Positions 1 through 8,147 of a stretch of 64,000 bases of DNA are shown in pieces (the stretch's first letter is position 1; the number at the start of each line of letters is the position of its first letter). This DNA is from Obrimoposthia wandeli (lineage: Eukaryota): the NCBI GenBank assembly GCA_977020255.1, contig CDROCS010001622.1, positions 1 to 64,000 of the forward strand. The letters are read 5' to 3'. A program made the translations under genes and the position numbers. The notes under the pieces are model-generated. The model saw only the letters and a program-made list of their open reading frames with translations. It ran no database searches and was not told the origin of the DNA.

Positions 1-366
1 CATTAATTCTGAACTACCTTTAGTATTGTCATATAAATAAAATTTGTAAACAATTTCTAGATGTATTGGTTGCTCCTTTTTCTCTATAATACAATCAATT
101 TCACCTAAAGTTATTTTATTATTTTGAATTTGACAATTTTCTGAAAGAATTTTAATGCCTTCTTGTTGTTTTAACAAATGGCTTACAAATCGCTCTACGC
201 GTTTTCCTAAACGTAACTTTTTTTCTATTGATTCATTAAATGGAGAAGAATCAATATTGGGTAACTCAAATTGTTTCAACCCGAAAATTATATCAGATTT
301 CCAAAGTAAAGACGTGTTTAAAAAACCTTGATATTGTAACTGTATGTCTTTCGAGTTTAAATCCAT
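1..366 (-). CDS. DUF1853 family protein (PD-(D/E)XK-like), truncated by window edge
   Basis: Not in the ORF track. Manual translation from ATG at 366 is open to the edge: MDLNSKDIQLQYQGFLNTSLLW...RLGKRVERFV...TLGEIDCII...HLEIVYKFYLYD, matching the RLGxxxE / GEIDC / HLExxYKFYL motifs of DUF1853. Confidence 0.8.
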   Translation of the reverse strand, partial: MDLNSKDIQLQYQGFLNTSLLWKSDIIFGLKQFELPNIDSSPFNESIEKKLRLGKRVERFVSHLLKQQEGIKILSENCQIQNNKITLGEIDCIIEKKEQPIHLEIVYKFYLYDNTKGSSELM

Positions 367-523
367 GACTTGAGCTAAGTTACATTTTTTTAATTTCGAA
401 CGCGTATATTGATGAATATATTAGGAGTGACATTATTTTTTCTAAATTAATTAATTTGAACTGTAATTTCAGAAACTTTTTTCGTACTAACTAAAAATTA
501 AAATTGTAAAAAATCAAAACTAT

Positions 524-859
524 ATGTCAAAAACGTATTATGATCCAACTGATTTAAGAAAATTTGGAAAAATAACAGAATGGAGTGAAAAATTAGGAGA
601 GAAATTTTTTAGTTATTATAATAGTGTATTTGAAGAAGGCGCATTAACTGCTAGAGAAAAATCATTAATAGCATTAGCAGTTGCACATACAGAGCAGTGT
701 CCGTATTGCATAGATGCATATACAAAAGATGGTTTACAGCGAGGAGTTACAAAAGAAGAAATGATGGAAGCAATACATGTTGGTGCTGCAATTAAAAGTG
801 GTGCAACGTTAGTTCATGGAGTTCAAATGATGAATAAAGTGAATAAATTAGAGATGTAG
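524..859 (+). CDS. AhpD/CMD-like peroxidase-family protein, arsenosugar-cluster associated
   Basis: REKSLIALAVA...QCPYCID CxxC motif of the CMD/AhpD fold; 1 nt upstream of the ArsS-type radical SAM gene. Confidence 0.85.
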   Translation: MSKTYYDPTDLRKFGKITEWSEKLGEKFFSYYNSVFEEGALTAREKSLIALAVAHTEQCPYCIDAYTKDGLQRGVTKEEMMEAIHVGAAIKSGATLVHGVQMMNKVNKLEM

Positions 860-860
860 C

Positions 861-1916
861 ATGAGTTTAAAATCACTTAAAAAAACAGCCAATAAATTAG
901 CAGATAGTAGTAGGCAATTAGAAATTTTATCTAATGGAGTTTTTAAAAATGGAGAGTTACCAACTTTTAAAGAATCTTTGTCTTTAACAAATCAATTTCC
1001 TATAAAGGCTAAAAAGTTAGAAATTTTACAAATCAATTTAGGGTATATGTGCAATCAGGTTTGTGCACATTGCCATGTAGATGCTGGTCCAGACAGACAA
1101 GAAATTATGTCGAAGGAAACAATGCAGCAATGTTTAAACGTGATTGAAAATACAACTGCTCACACTTTAGATTTAACAGGTGGCGCTCCTGAGATGAACC
1201 CAAATTTTGAATGGTTTGTTGAGGAAGCATCAAAAATTGGAATTAATGATTTTATTGTAAGATCTAATTTAACAATTATTACTTCAAATAAAAAATATCA
1301 CCATTTACCTGAGTTTTTTAGAAAACACAATGTACATGTGGTTTCTTCAATGCCACATTGGACAAAAGGGAAAACCGATAAACAACGAGGTGATGGGGTT
1401 TTTAATAAATCCATAAAAGCTCTTGAAATGTTAAACGAAAAAGGATATGGTTTATCTAATTCTAATTTAAGATTAGATTTAGTGTACAATCCTTCAGGTG
1501 CATTTTTACCAGGAGATCAAAAGGGTTTAGAAATAAAATTTAAAAAAGCATTAAAAGAAGATTTTAATATTGAATTTCATAATTTGTTTGCAATTACAAA
1601 TTTGCCAATAAGCAGGTTTTTAGATTATTTATTAGCTTCAGATAATTATGAAGATTATATGACAGAGTTGGTTGATGCTTATAATTCGGAAGCTGTTAAA
1701 AATGTAATGTGTACTAATACAATTTCAATTAGCTGGGATGGTTGGTTGTACGATTGTGATTTTAATCAAATGTTAAATTTAAAAGTAGATAGTAAATCAA
1801 AACATATTAGTGAGTTTAATGAAGATTTATTAAATAATAGAACCATTATTACATCTCAACATTGCTATGGATGCACGGCGGGAACTGGAAGTAGTTGTCA
1901 AGGAACAGTAGTTTAA
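861..1916 (+). CDS. arsS: Arsenosugar biosynthesis radical SAM protein ArsS (TIGR04167-like, DUF3641 C-terminus)
   Basis: CNQVCAHC (CxxxCxxC), HVDAGP, LDLTGGAPE, DCDFNQM, C-terminal HCYGCTAGTGSSCQG. Confidence 0.9.
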   Translation: MSLKSLKKTANKLADSSRQLEILSNGVFKNGELPTFKESLSLTNQFPIKAKKLEILQINLGYMCNQVCAHCHVDAGPDRQEIMSKETMQQCLNVIENTTAHTLDLTGGAPEMNPNFEWFVEEASKIGINDFIVRSNLTIITSNKKYHHLPEFFRKHNVHVVSSMPHWTKGKTDKQRGDGVFNKSIKALEMLNEKGYGLSNSNLRLDLVYNPSGAFLPGDQKGLEIKFKKALKEDFNIEFHNLFAITNLPISRFLDYLLASDNYEDYMTELVDAYNSEAVKNVMCTNTISISWDGWLYDCDFNQMLNLKVDSKSKHISEFNEDLLNNRTIITSQHCYGCTAGTGSSCQGTVV

Positions 1917-1928
1917 TTTAAAAATTGT

Positions 1929-2429
1929 ATGAAGTTTTTTGTAATTTGTTTTTTTATAATAGCCAGTCAATTTTGTAGGGCTCAAGATTCCTTAAAAATA
2001 GTTTTAGACAACTATAATGATCATAGTGTACCTTATATTATGGTGGATAACTTAGCTAAAGAGAAAGGAAATGATATTGTTTTAATTGATGCTCGTGAAA
2101 TAAATGAATATGAAGTAAGCCATATAGATAAAGCAATTTTTGTAGGTTTTGAGAAGTTTAATATTAAAAGTGTATTAAGAAATATTAAAAATAAAAATAA
2201 AAAAATTGTAGTGTATTGTTCTTTAGGGATTAGATCTGAGATTGTTGCAAAAAAAATAATAGCAGCCGGATATAAAAATGTACACAATTTATACGGAGGT
2301 ATTTTTGAGTGGAGTAATTTCAATTTTCCTTTAATTAATTCAAAAGGAATTAAAACTAAAAGAGTACATACTTTTAATAAAGCTTGGAGTAAATGGTTGG
2401 TAAAGGGAAAAGGAGTATATGAAAAATAA
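1929..2429 (+). CDS. Rhodanese-like domain protein with N-terminal signal peptide
   Basis: LIDARE, YEVSHI, VVYCSLGIRS active loop, NLYGGIFEW; hydrophobic N-terminus ending CRA-QD. Confidence 0.85.
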   Translation: MKFFVICFFIIASQFCRAQDSLKIVLDNYNDHSVPYIMVDNLAKEKGNDIVLIDAREINEYEVSHIDKAIFVGFEKFNIKSVLRNIKNKNKKIVVYCSLGIRSEIVAKKIIAAGYKNVHNLYGGIFEWSNFNFPLINSKGIKTKRVHTFNKAWSKWLVKGKGVYEK

Positions 2430-3048
2430 AAATTTAGTAATAGTTTTTACTCGAAACCCAGAATTGGGTAAGGTAAAAAGTAGATTGGCCAGTGTTATTG
2501 GTAAAACAGCCGCTCTCAATATCTACAAAATATTATTGCTGCATACTGCTAAATCAATTAAAAATTTAACGTGTGATAAAGCAATTTATTATTCAGAAAA
2601 AATTAGAACAAATGATATTTGGAATGAAAGTTATTTAAAGTATAAACAAGAAGGTGAAGATTTAGGGATAAGAATGAAAAATGCTTTTAAAAAATCTTTT
2701 GAAAAAGGATATAAAAATGTTGTTATAATTGGTAGCGATTTAATTGATTTAACCCCAGAACATATAAATATTGCTTTTGAAAAATTAATGTATAATGATG
2801 TGGTTGTAGGTTCTGCAATGGATGGTGGTTATTATTTATTAGGCTTAAAAAAAGTACATAATCAAATTTTTGAAAATAAAAAATGGGGTACTTCGAGCGT
2901 TTTGAGAGAAACCTTGAGAAATTTAAATGGTTGTGAAATTGAATTTTTACAAGAATTAAATGATATTGATACTTACGAAGATTTAAAAAATAATAAGAAA
3001 TTAAAAGAATTAATAACAAATGATTACGAAATTAAAGGAGTCAGTTAA
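2419..3048 (+). CDS. TIGR04282/DUF2064 family transferase (CofC/MobA-like fold), arsenosugar-cluster associated
   Basis: FTRNPELGKVKSRL, QEGEDLGIRM, IIGSD, DGGYYLLG, LNDID motifs. Confidence 0.88.
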   Translation: MKNKNLVIVFTRNPELGKVKSRLASVIGKTAALNIYKILLLHTAKSIKNLTCDKAIYYSEKIRTNDIWNESYLKYKQEGEDLGIRMKNAFKKSFEKGYKNVVIIGSDLIDLTPEHINIAFEKLMYNDVVVGSAMDGGYYLLGLKKVHNQIFENKKWGTSSVLRETLRNLNGCEIEFLQELNDIDTYEDLKNNKKLKELITNDYEIKGVS

Positions 3049-3832
3049 ATTCATAGAAAATAAAGGTTTTTTAAATCCTGAAATTGGGATTGTTTTAGGT
3101 ACTGGATTAGGAAAATTAATTGATGAAATAGAAATACTTAAAGAGATAACTTACACAGAAATACCTCATTTTCCTGTGGCAACTGTAGAGTTTCATAAAG
3201 GAAAATTAATTTATGGAATTTTTGAAGGTAAAAAGGTTGTTGTAATGCAAGGTAGATTTCATTTGTATGAAGGCTATAATTTACAAGAAATTACCTATCC
3301 CATACGTGTTTTAGAAAAATTAGGGATTAAGAGTCTTTTAATATCAAATGCCGCTGGGGCAATTAATTTAAATTATAATAAAGGGGAATTAATGTTAATT
3401 GATGACCATATAAATTTACAAGGAGGTTCTCCTTTGGCATTTAAAGGTGTTGAAGTACTTGGAGAGCGATTTGTTGATATGTGCGAGCCTTATAATTTAG
3501 CCATGAACAATAAATTGCTAGCAATAGCTTCAGTAAATAATATAAAACTGCACAAAGGTGTTTATGCAAGTGTAATTGGCCCACATTTAGAAACAAAATC
3601 TGAATATAGGATGTTGAAAATTCTAGGAGCAGATGCTGTTGGTATGAGTACAGTTCCCGAAATTATTGTGGCAAATCAATTAAAACTTAATGTAATTGCG
3701 ATATCTGTATTGACTGATGAATGTGATCCCGACAATTTAAACCCTGTAAATATTCCTGAAATTATTAAAATGGCAGGAATGGCAGAACCCAACTTAATAA
3801 CACTATTTAAAGAATTAACTAAAAAATTATAA
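3020..3832 (+). CDS. Purine nucleoside phosphorylase (trimeric PNP-I family)
   Basis: GIVLGTGLG, HKGKL, MQGRFHLYEG, SNAAG, DHIN, GPHLET, DAVGMSTVPE. Confidence 0.93.
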   Translation: MITKLKESVKFIENKGFLNPEIGIVLGTGLGKLIDEIEILKEITYTEIPHFPVATVEFHKGKLIYGIFEGKKVVVMQGRFHLYEGYNLQEITYPIRVLEKLGIKSLLISNAAGAINLNYNKGELMLIDDHINLQGGSPLAFKGVEVLGERFVDMCEPYNLAMNNKLLAIASVNNIKLHKGVYASVIGPHLETKSEYRMLKILGADAVGMSTVPEIIVANQLKLNVIAISVLTDECDPDNLNPVNIPEIIKMAGMAEPNLITLFKELTKKL

Positions 3833-3836
3833 TGCA

Positions 3837-4805
3837 ATGGGATATTTAGAAACTACACATAACTTGTATAAAGAGGCCGCTTTAACACCAGATGTTGGTT
3901 TGTGTTGTACTACAAACCCTATATGGGAATTACCAGGATTAAAAATTCCTAAAATAATGCAGGAAATGAATTATGGTTGTGGTAGTACTGTGCATGCACG
4001 TGATTTAACAAATAATCCAAAAATGCTTTATGTTGGCGTTGGAGGAGGCATGGAATTATTACAATTTGCATACTTTAATCGTCAAAAAAATGGAGTTGTT
4101 GGACTTGATGTTGTAGATGAAATGTTAGACGCATCTCGTAAAAATTTTAAAGAGGCTGAAAAACAAAATTCTTGGTTTAAAAGCGAGTTTGTAGATCTTA
4201 AAAAGGGCGATGCTTTAAATTTACCAGTTGAAGATAATTCAATTGATGTGGCTGCTCAAAATTGCTTGTTCAATATATTTAAAGTGGATGATTTAAAGAA
4301 AGCGATTGCTGAAATGTATAGAGTGTTAAAACCACATGGTAAACTGGTAATGAGTGATCCAACTTGTGAACAACCAATGAGTGATGAATTAAGAAACGAT
4401 GAGCGTTTAAGAGCATTATGTTTAAGTGGCAGTATACCAATTTCAAAATATGTAAAAATGCTAACGGATGCTGGTTTTGGAACTATAGAAATTAGAGCCA
4501 GAAAACCATATAGAATTTTAGATCCTAAAAATTATGCTACAGATGAATTAATTTATATTGAATCTATTGAAGTGGCTGCAATTAAAGATCCAATGCCAAT
4601 TGATGGTCCTTGTATATTCACAGGTAAAGCAGCAATTTACTACGGGGATGAAGATTATTTTGATGATAAATTAGGACATGTTTTATATAAAAATCAACCT
4701 TTAGCTATATGTGATAAAACAGCGAAAGCATTAAATAACATTAATAAAAAGGAAATATTTATATCAGATTCAACGTATCATTATGATGGTGGTGGTTGCT
4801 GTTAA
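3837..4805 (+). CDS. arsM: Arsenite S-adenosylmethionine methyltransferase ArsM (arsenosugar-cluster type)
   Basis: GLCC, NYGCGS, YVGVGGG SAM motif I, GDALNLP, AQNCLFN, LRALCLSG, C-terminal GGGCC. Confidence 0.88.
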   Translation: MGYLETTHNLYKEAALTPDVGLCCTTNPIWELPGLKIPKIMQEMNYGCGSTVHARDLTNNPKMLYVGVGGGMELLQFAYFNRQKNGVVGLDVVDEMLDASRKNFKEAEKQNSWFKSEFVDLKKGDALNLPVEDNSIDVAAQNCLFNIFKVDDLKKAIAEMYRVLKPHGKLVMSDPTCEQPMSDELRNDERLRALCLSGSIPISKYVKMLTDAGFGTIEIRARKPYRILDPKNYATDELIYIESIEVAAIKDPMPIDGPCIFTGKAAIYYGDEDYFDDKLGHVLYKNQPLAICDKTAKALNNINKKEIFISDSTYHYDGGGCC

Positions 4806-4825
4806 TTATAGATTTTATTGCTAAA

Positions 4826-5713
4826 ATGAATATTGAAAAATATATTACACTTGTAGAAAATTCTTACAAAGGCTATTGGAATTATTTGTGGCAAGAAATT
4901 TTGTTTCAAAGTAATTGGAATAATTATTTTTATGGCTTAATATTAATCTCTTTGCTTGTTTGGGGCTTAGAAATTAAATTTCCTTGGAGAAAAAATCAAC
5001 CTATTTTTAGAGATGATTTTTGGATAGATTTATTTTATATGTTTTTCAATTTCTTTTTATTAAATCTAATAGTATTAATTGCATTGTCAAATGTAGCTAC
5101 TGCTTTTTTTAATGAGTTATTGGCAATTGGAGGATGGTCAATTGCTAATTTCCAATTGGTAGAATTAAACAATTTACCTGTAGTTTTAAGATTGCTATTG
5201 TTTTTTGTAATTACAGATTTTGTTCAATGGAATATTCATAAATTATTGCATACATTCCCTTTTTTATGGAGTTTTCATAAAGTCCACCATTCTATAAAAC
5301 AAATGGGTTTTGCTGGACATTTGAGGTATCATTGGTTAGAGCCTATAGTCTATAAATCATTATTATATATTCCTTTGGCAATTATAGGTGGATTTAATGT
5401 AAATGATGTGGCTTTTATTCATTTTTTCACTTTAATTATAGGTCATTTAAATCATGCTAATTTAGGTTGGGATTATGGATTGTTTAAATATATTTTTAAC
5501 AATCCTAAAATGCATATTTGGCATCATAGCAAAAAAATCCCCAATAAATATGGTGTTAATTTTGGAATTTCTTTAAGTATTTGGGATTATATTTTTAAAA
5601 CAAATTTTATACCTAAAAGTGGTAGAGATATAGTGTTAGGTTTTGATGGGGATGAAAGTTTTCCCAAAAGTTTTATTAGTCAAGAAATTATTCCATTTAA
5701 AAAAAAGTTTTAA
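4826..5713 (+). CDS. Sterol desaturase / fatty acid hydroxylase family membrane protein
   Basis: His boxes HKLLH, HKVHH, HLNH, HIWHH and several TM segments. ATG at 4826 preferred over the track's TTG at 4796, which lies inside arsM. Confidence 0.85.
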   Translation: MNIEKYITLVENSYKGYWNYLWQEILFQSNWNNYFYGLILISLLVWGLEIKFPWRKNQPIFRDDFWIDLFYMFFNFFLLNLIVLIALSNVATAFFNELLAIGGWSIANFQLVELNNLPVVLRLLLFFVITDFVQWNIHKLLHTFPFLWSFHKVHHSIKQMGFAGHLRYHWLEPIVYKSLLYIPLAIIGGFNVNDVAFIHFFTLIIGHLNHANLGWDYGLFKYIFNNPKMHIWHHSKKIPNKYGVNFGISLSIWDYIFKTNFIPKSGRDIVLGFDGDESFPKSFISQEIIPFKKKF

Positions 5714-6975
5714 AAATATTGACCAACGCCAAAAACAAAACCTCGTTTTGAATTATCTTTTAAACTTTGACCATAGTCAATTCTTAAAATTGCATTGAAT
5801 ATTTTTTTATGAATAAATCGTAAACCAACTCCTGAAAATAATTGAATGTTTTTATGGTTTACAAAATCATTTAATTTACCACCAGGATTTCTCCAAGAAC
5901 CAGCATCTATAAATGCATTACCTTGTAATGAAAACCATTTTTTTTCGAATATAGTAAGCCTATATTCACTGTTTAATACAATGCTACCAGTTCCACGGTC
6001 AACTAAAATACCAACACCTCTTAAATTTACATTATTATCTAACGAAAATGGAGCAAAGGGAGTTTCATTATTACTCGCTAATCCAGCTCTTATTCTATTT
6101 GCCCAATTTCCTTTTGTACCAACTCTTTTATAATAGAAAAAATCGTTCCAAGCGATATAAAAATTTTCTTGATTTTGCTGTTTAGATTTTACTATTTGAC
6201 CATAAAACTGACTTTTAAAGCCATTAATATATTGATAATGATATTTTAAGTTATCATGGGTGTAAATAAATTTAAGTAATATTTTATTTAAGTTTAAATT
6301 TAGAGGAATCTTAGAAGAGGTGATACCTTTTACATAGTTGTATTTCTCTTTAAAAAAATTAAAACCAAACTCAAAACTATTTTTTGAATCTGTTTCAAAT
6401 AAACCTAAAACTTCAAAAGAAACATTGTTATAGGTGTACTGCGCAACTCCTTTATTAAAATATAAAGGTTCTTCACTTTTCCAATTTTGATGATTTATTG
6501 CGAGACCTATTTTATTTGAGAATAAATGAGGTGCTCTAAAATTAAGGGCATAAGTATTATGGCCGTTATTTTGATAAAAACCACCAAAGCCAATGTTTTT
6601 ACCCAAAAAATTGTAATCATAAACACCAACTTTATAAGCAACTTTACTTTTGTTATTGGACCAAAAATTTACTACAGGTATAATTGTGAAGTTTTCTTCA
6701 AGATTAAACTGAAGTAAATAAGAATTATTTTTTAAATGTATTATTTGATAAGAGGCATGAGATATAGCAGGTAATCTTTTTAATTTTTTAAGATCTTTTT
6801 CAAATGCTAAACTATCTATTTTAACACCTGGCTTAGATTGCACCACCTTAATTAAATATTTTGTAGATGTTTTTTTGTTTCCACTAAAGGCTATTTTTAG
6901 TATTGTTTTTTCTTGAGAAAAAATAGATGAAGAAATACATAAAAAGATTAAAATAAAAAGAAATTTAAAATTCAT
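5710..6975 (-). CDS. Omp85/BamA-TamA-like outer membrane protein with one POTRA domain
   Basis: Signal peptide, FSGNKKTS POTRA start, NLRGVG, FIDAGS, LRIDYG, C-terminal Phe (GVGQYF). Confidence 0.75.
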   Translation of the reverse strand: MNFKFLFILIFLCISSSIFSQEKTILKIAFSGNKKTSTKYLIKVVQSKPGVKIDSLAFEKDLKKLKRLPAISHASYQIIHLKNNSYLLQFNLEENFTIIPVVNFWSNNKSKVAYKVGVYDYNFLGKNIGFGGFYQNNGHNTYALNFRAPHLFSNKIGLAINHQNWKSEEPLYFNKGVAQYTYNNVSFEVLGLFETDSKNSFEFGFNFFKEKYNYVKGITSSKIPLNLNLNKILLKFIYTHDNLKYHYQYINGFKSQFYGQIVKSKQQNQENFYIAWNDFFYYKRVGTKGNWANRIRAGLASNNETPFAPFSLDNNVNLRGVGILVDRGTGSIVLNSEYRLTIFEKKWFSLQGNAFIDAGSWRNPGGKLNDFVNHKNIQLFSGVGLRFIHKKIFNAILRIDYGQSLKDNSKRGFVFGVGQYF

Positions 6976-7004
6976 TAGAAATAAAAAAAAAGTTTATTAA
7001 ATAA

Positions 7005-7012
7005 CAAACTTA
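7005..7012 (-). promoter_or_regulatory. Bacteroidota sigma-A -7 element (TAAGTTTG) for the Omp85-like gene
   Basis: caaactta on the + strand, 30 nt upstream of the start codon. Confidence 0.55.
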
Positions 7013-7140
7013 ACCTAATTAAATTTATTTACAATGCTATAATAAAGTTTAAGCTTTAATATTAACTGGTTAAATTATAATGATAGTGAATGCTTTAAGG
7101 TAATAGTACGTGTTTTTACAGCAGAAATATGGGGTGCTCT

Positions 7141-7182
7141 AAAAAAAAACTTCACCAAACGATTCTATTCAATTTGATGAAG
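7141..7182 (-). terminator. Intrinsic terminator after the 7223-8119 gene
   Basis: Minus strand CTTCATCAAA-13 nt loop-TTTGGTGAAG followed by a T9 run. Confidence 0.75.
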
Positions 7183-7222
7183 TTGTATTAAATTATTAAA
7201 AATAATATGAGAATATTTTATC

Positions 7223-8119
7223 TTATTTTGTTAGTAAATATCTTAATCCTAAATTAAATGTTTGCCCTAATCCATTATCGCGACCTCTTACAAATTTGCC
7301 ATAAGAAACTTCTAAGTTTAGCGCATTGTTTAATTGATATTTACCCCCAAAACCAAGTAGTGAATAATTTTGTGAAAAATCATTTCCTAAATCAAGTAAT
7401 TCATAATGTTGTGCATTTACAAATACGGTAAAATTATTTGAAGGAAAATAACTTAAGAATACACTTAGCGGAACTGCTAAACTATTGTTTGCAAACCTTT
7501 CTGAGCTGTTTTCATTTGAATTTGCTTCTGTTTTTTTCTCTCCAAAGTTATAGGTGAAATCTAGTTCTGCAAAAAACTGATATTTACCGGCACCAAAAGT
7601 AGTATCGTAAAATAGTTTGTTTTCAAAAGCATAACTTCTTTTATCTAAATATAAATTAGGTTGATCTTTAAAAACCGGAATGTAAAAAGTATTTTGAATA
7701 GAAAAATTTGAAATATTTTTAAAAGGTTGTGTTTTAATACTTAACCCAATATTAGACAAGCCACTTCTAGAATCTATATTGTTATTTTTAAAAGAAAGTA
7801 CGCTAGTTGCACTTTGATCTTCAAAAGTATTGGACTTGTAATTTAAGATTAAACCTATATTTACTCTAGAGTTTTTAGATACGCCTGTATAGGTTTCTAA
7901 AGTAGTCGTAAAAAAACTACTTCTATCACCACTTATGGTTTTTCCATTATCATCGCGTTTTGTTTGGGTGTACAAATTATTAAATAATTTAAAATCCCAA
8001 TCCCCATTTTTTAATAATTTAGAAGGGGTATATTTTTGAATATTACTTTTAGTTGTTTCTTGTGAATAGGTTATTAATGAAAAAACGATGGCTACTAATG
8101 TTATTATTTTTTGTCTCAT
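7223..8119 (-). CDS. Putative outer-membrane beta-barrel protein, function unknown
   Basis: Signal peptide, alternating aromatic/hydrophobic beta-strand pattern, ends TFNLGLRYLLTK. Confidence 0.65.
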   Translation of the reverse strand: MRQKIITLVAIVFSLITYSQETTKSNIQKYTPSKLLKNGDWDFKLFNNLYTQTKRDDNGKTISGDRSSFFTTTLETYTGVSKNSRVNIGLILNYKSNTFEDQSATSVLSFKNNNIDSRSGLSNIGLSIKTQPFKNISNFSIQNTFYIPVFKDQPNLYLDKRSYAFENKLFYDTTFGAGKYQFFAELDFTYNFGEKKTEANSNENSSERFANNSLAVPLSVFLSYFPSNNFTVFVNAQHYELLDLGNDFSQNYSLLGFGGKYQLNNALNLEVSYGKFVRGRDNGLGQTFNLGLRYLLTK

Positions 8120-8147
8120 TCTGTTTATTTTTTGATTTTAGTATATA

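Noticed and set aside
861-1916. Selenocysteine in ArsS (the family has seleno members)
   Set aside because: No in-frame TGA; the C-terminal SSCQG cysteine is TGT and the ORF ends at TAA
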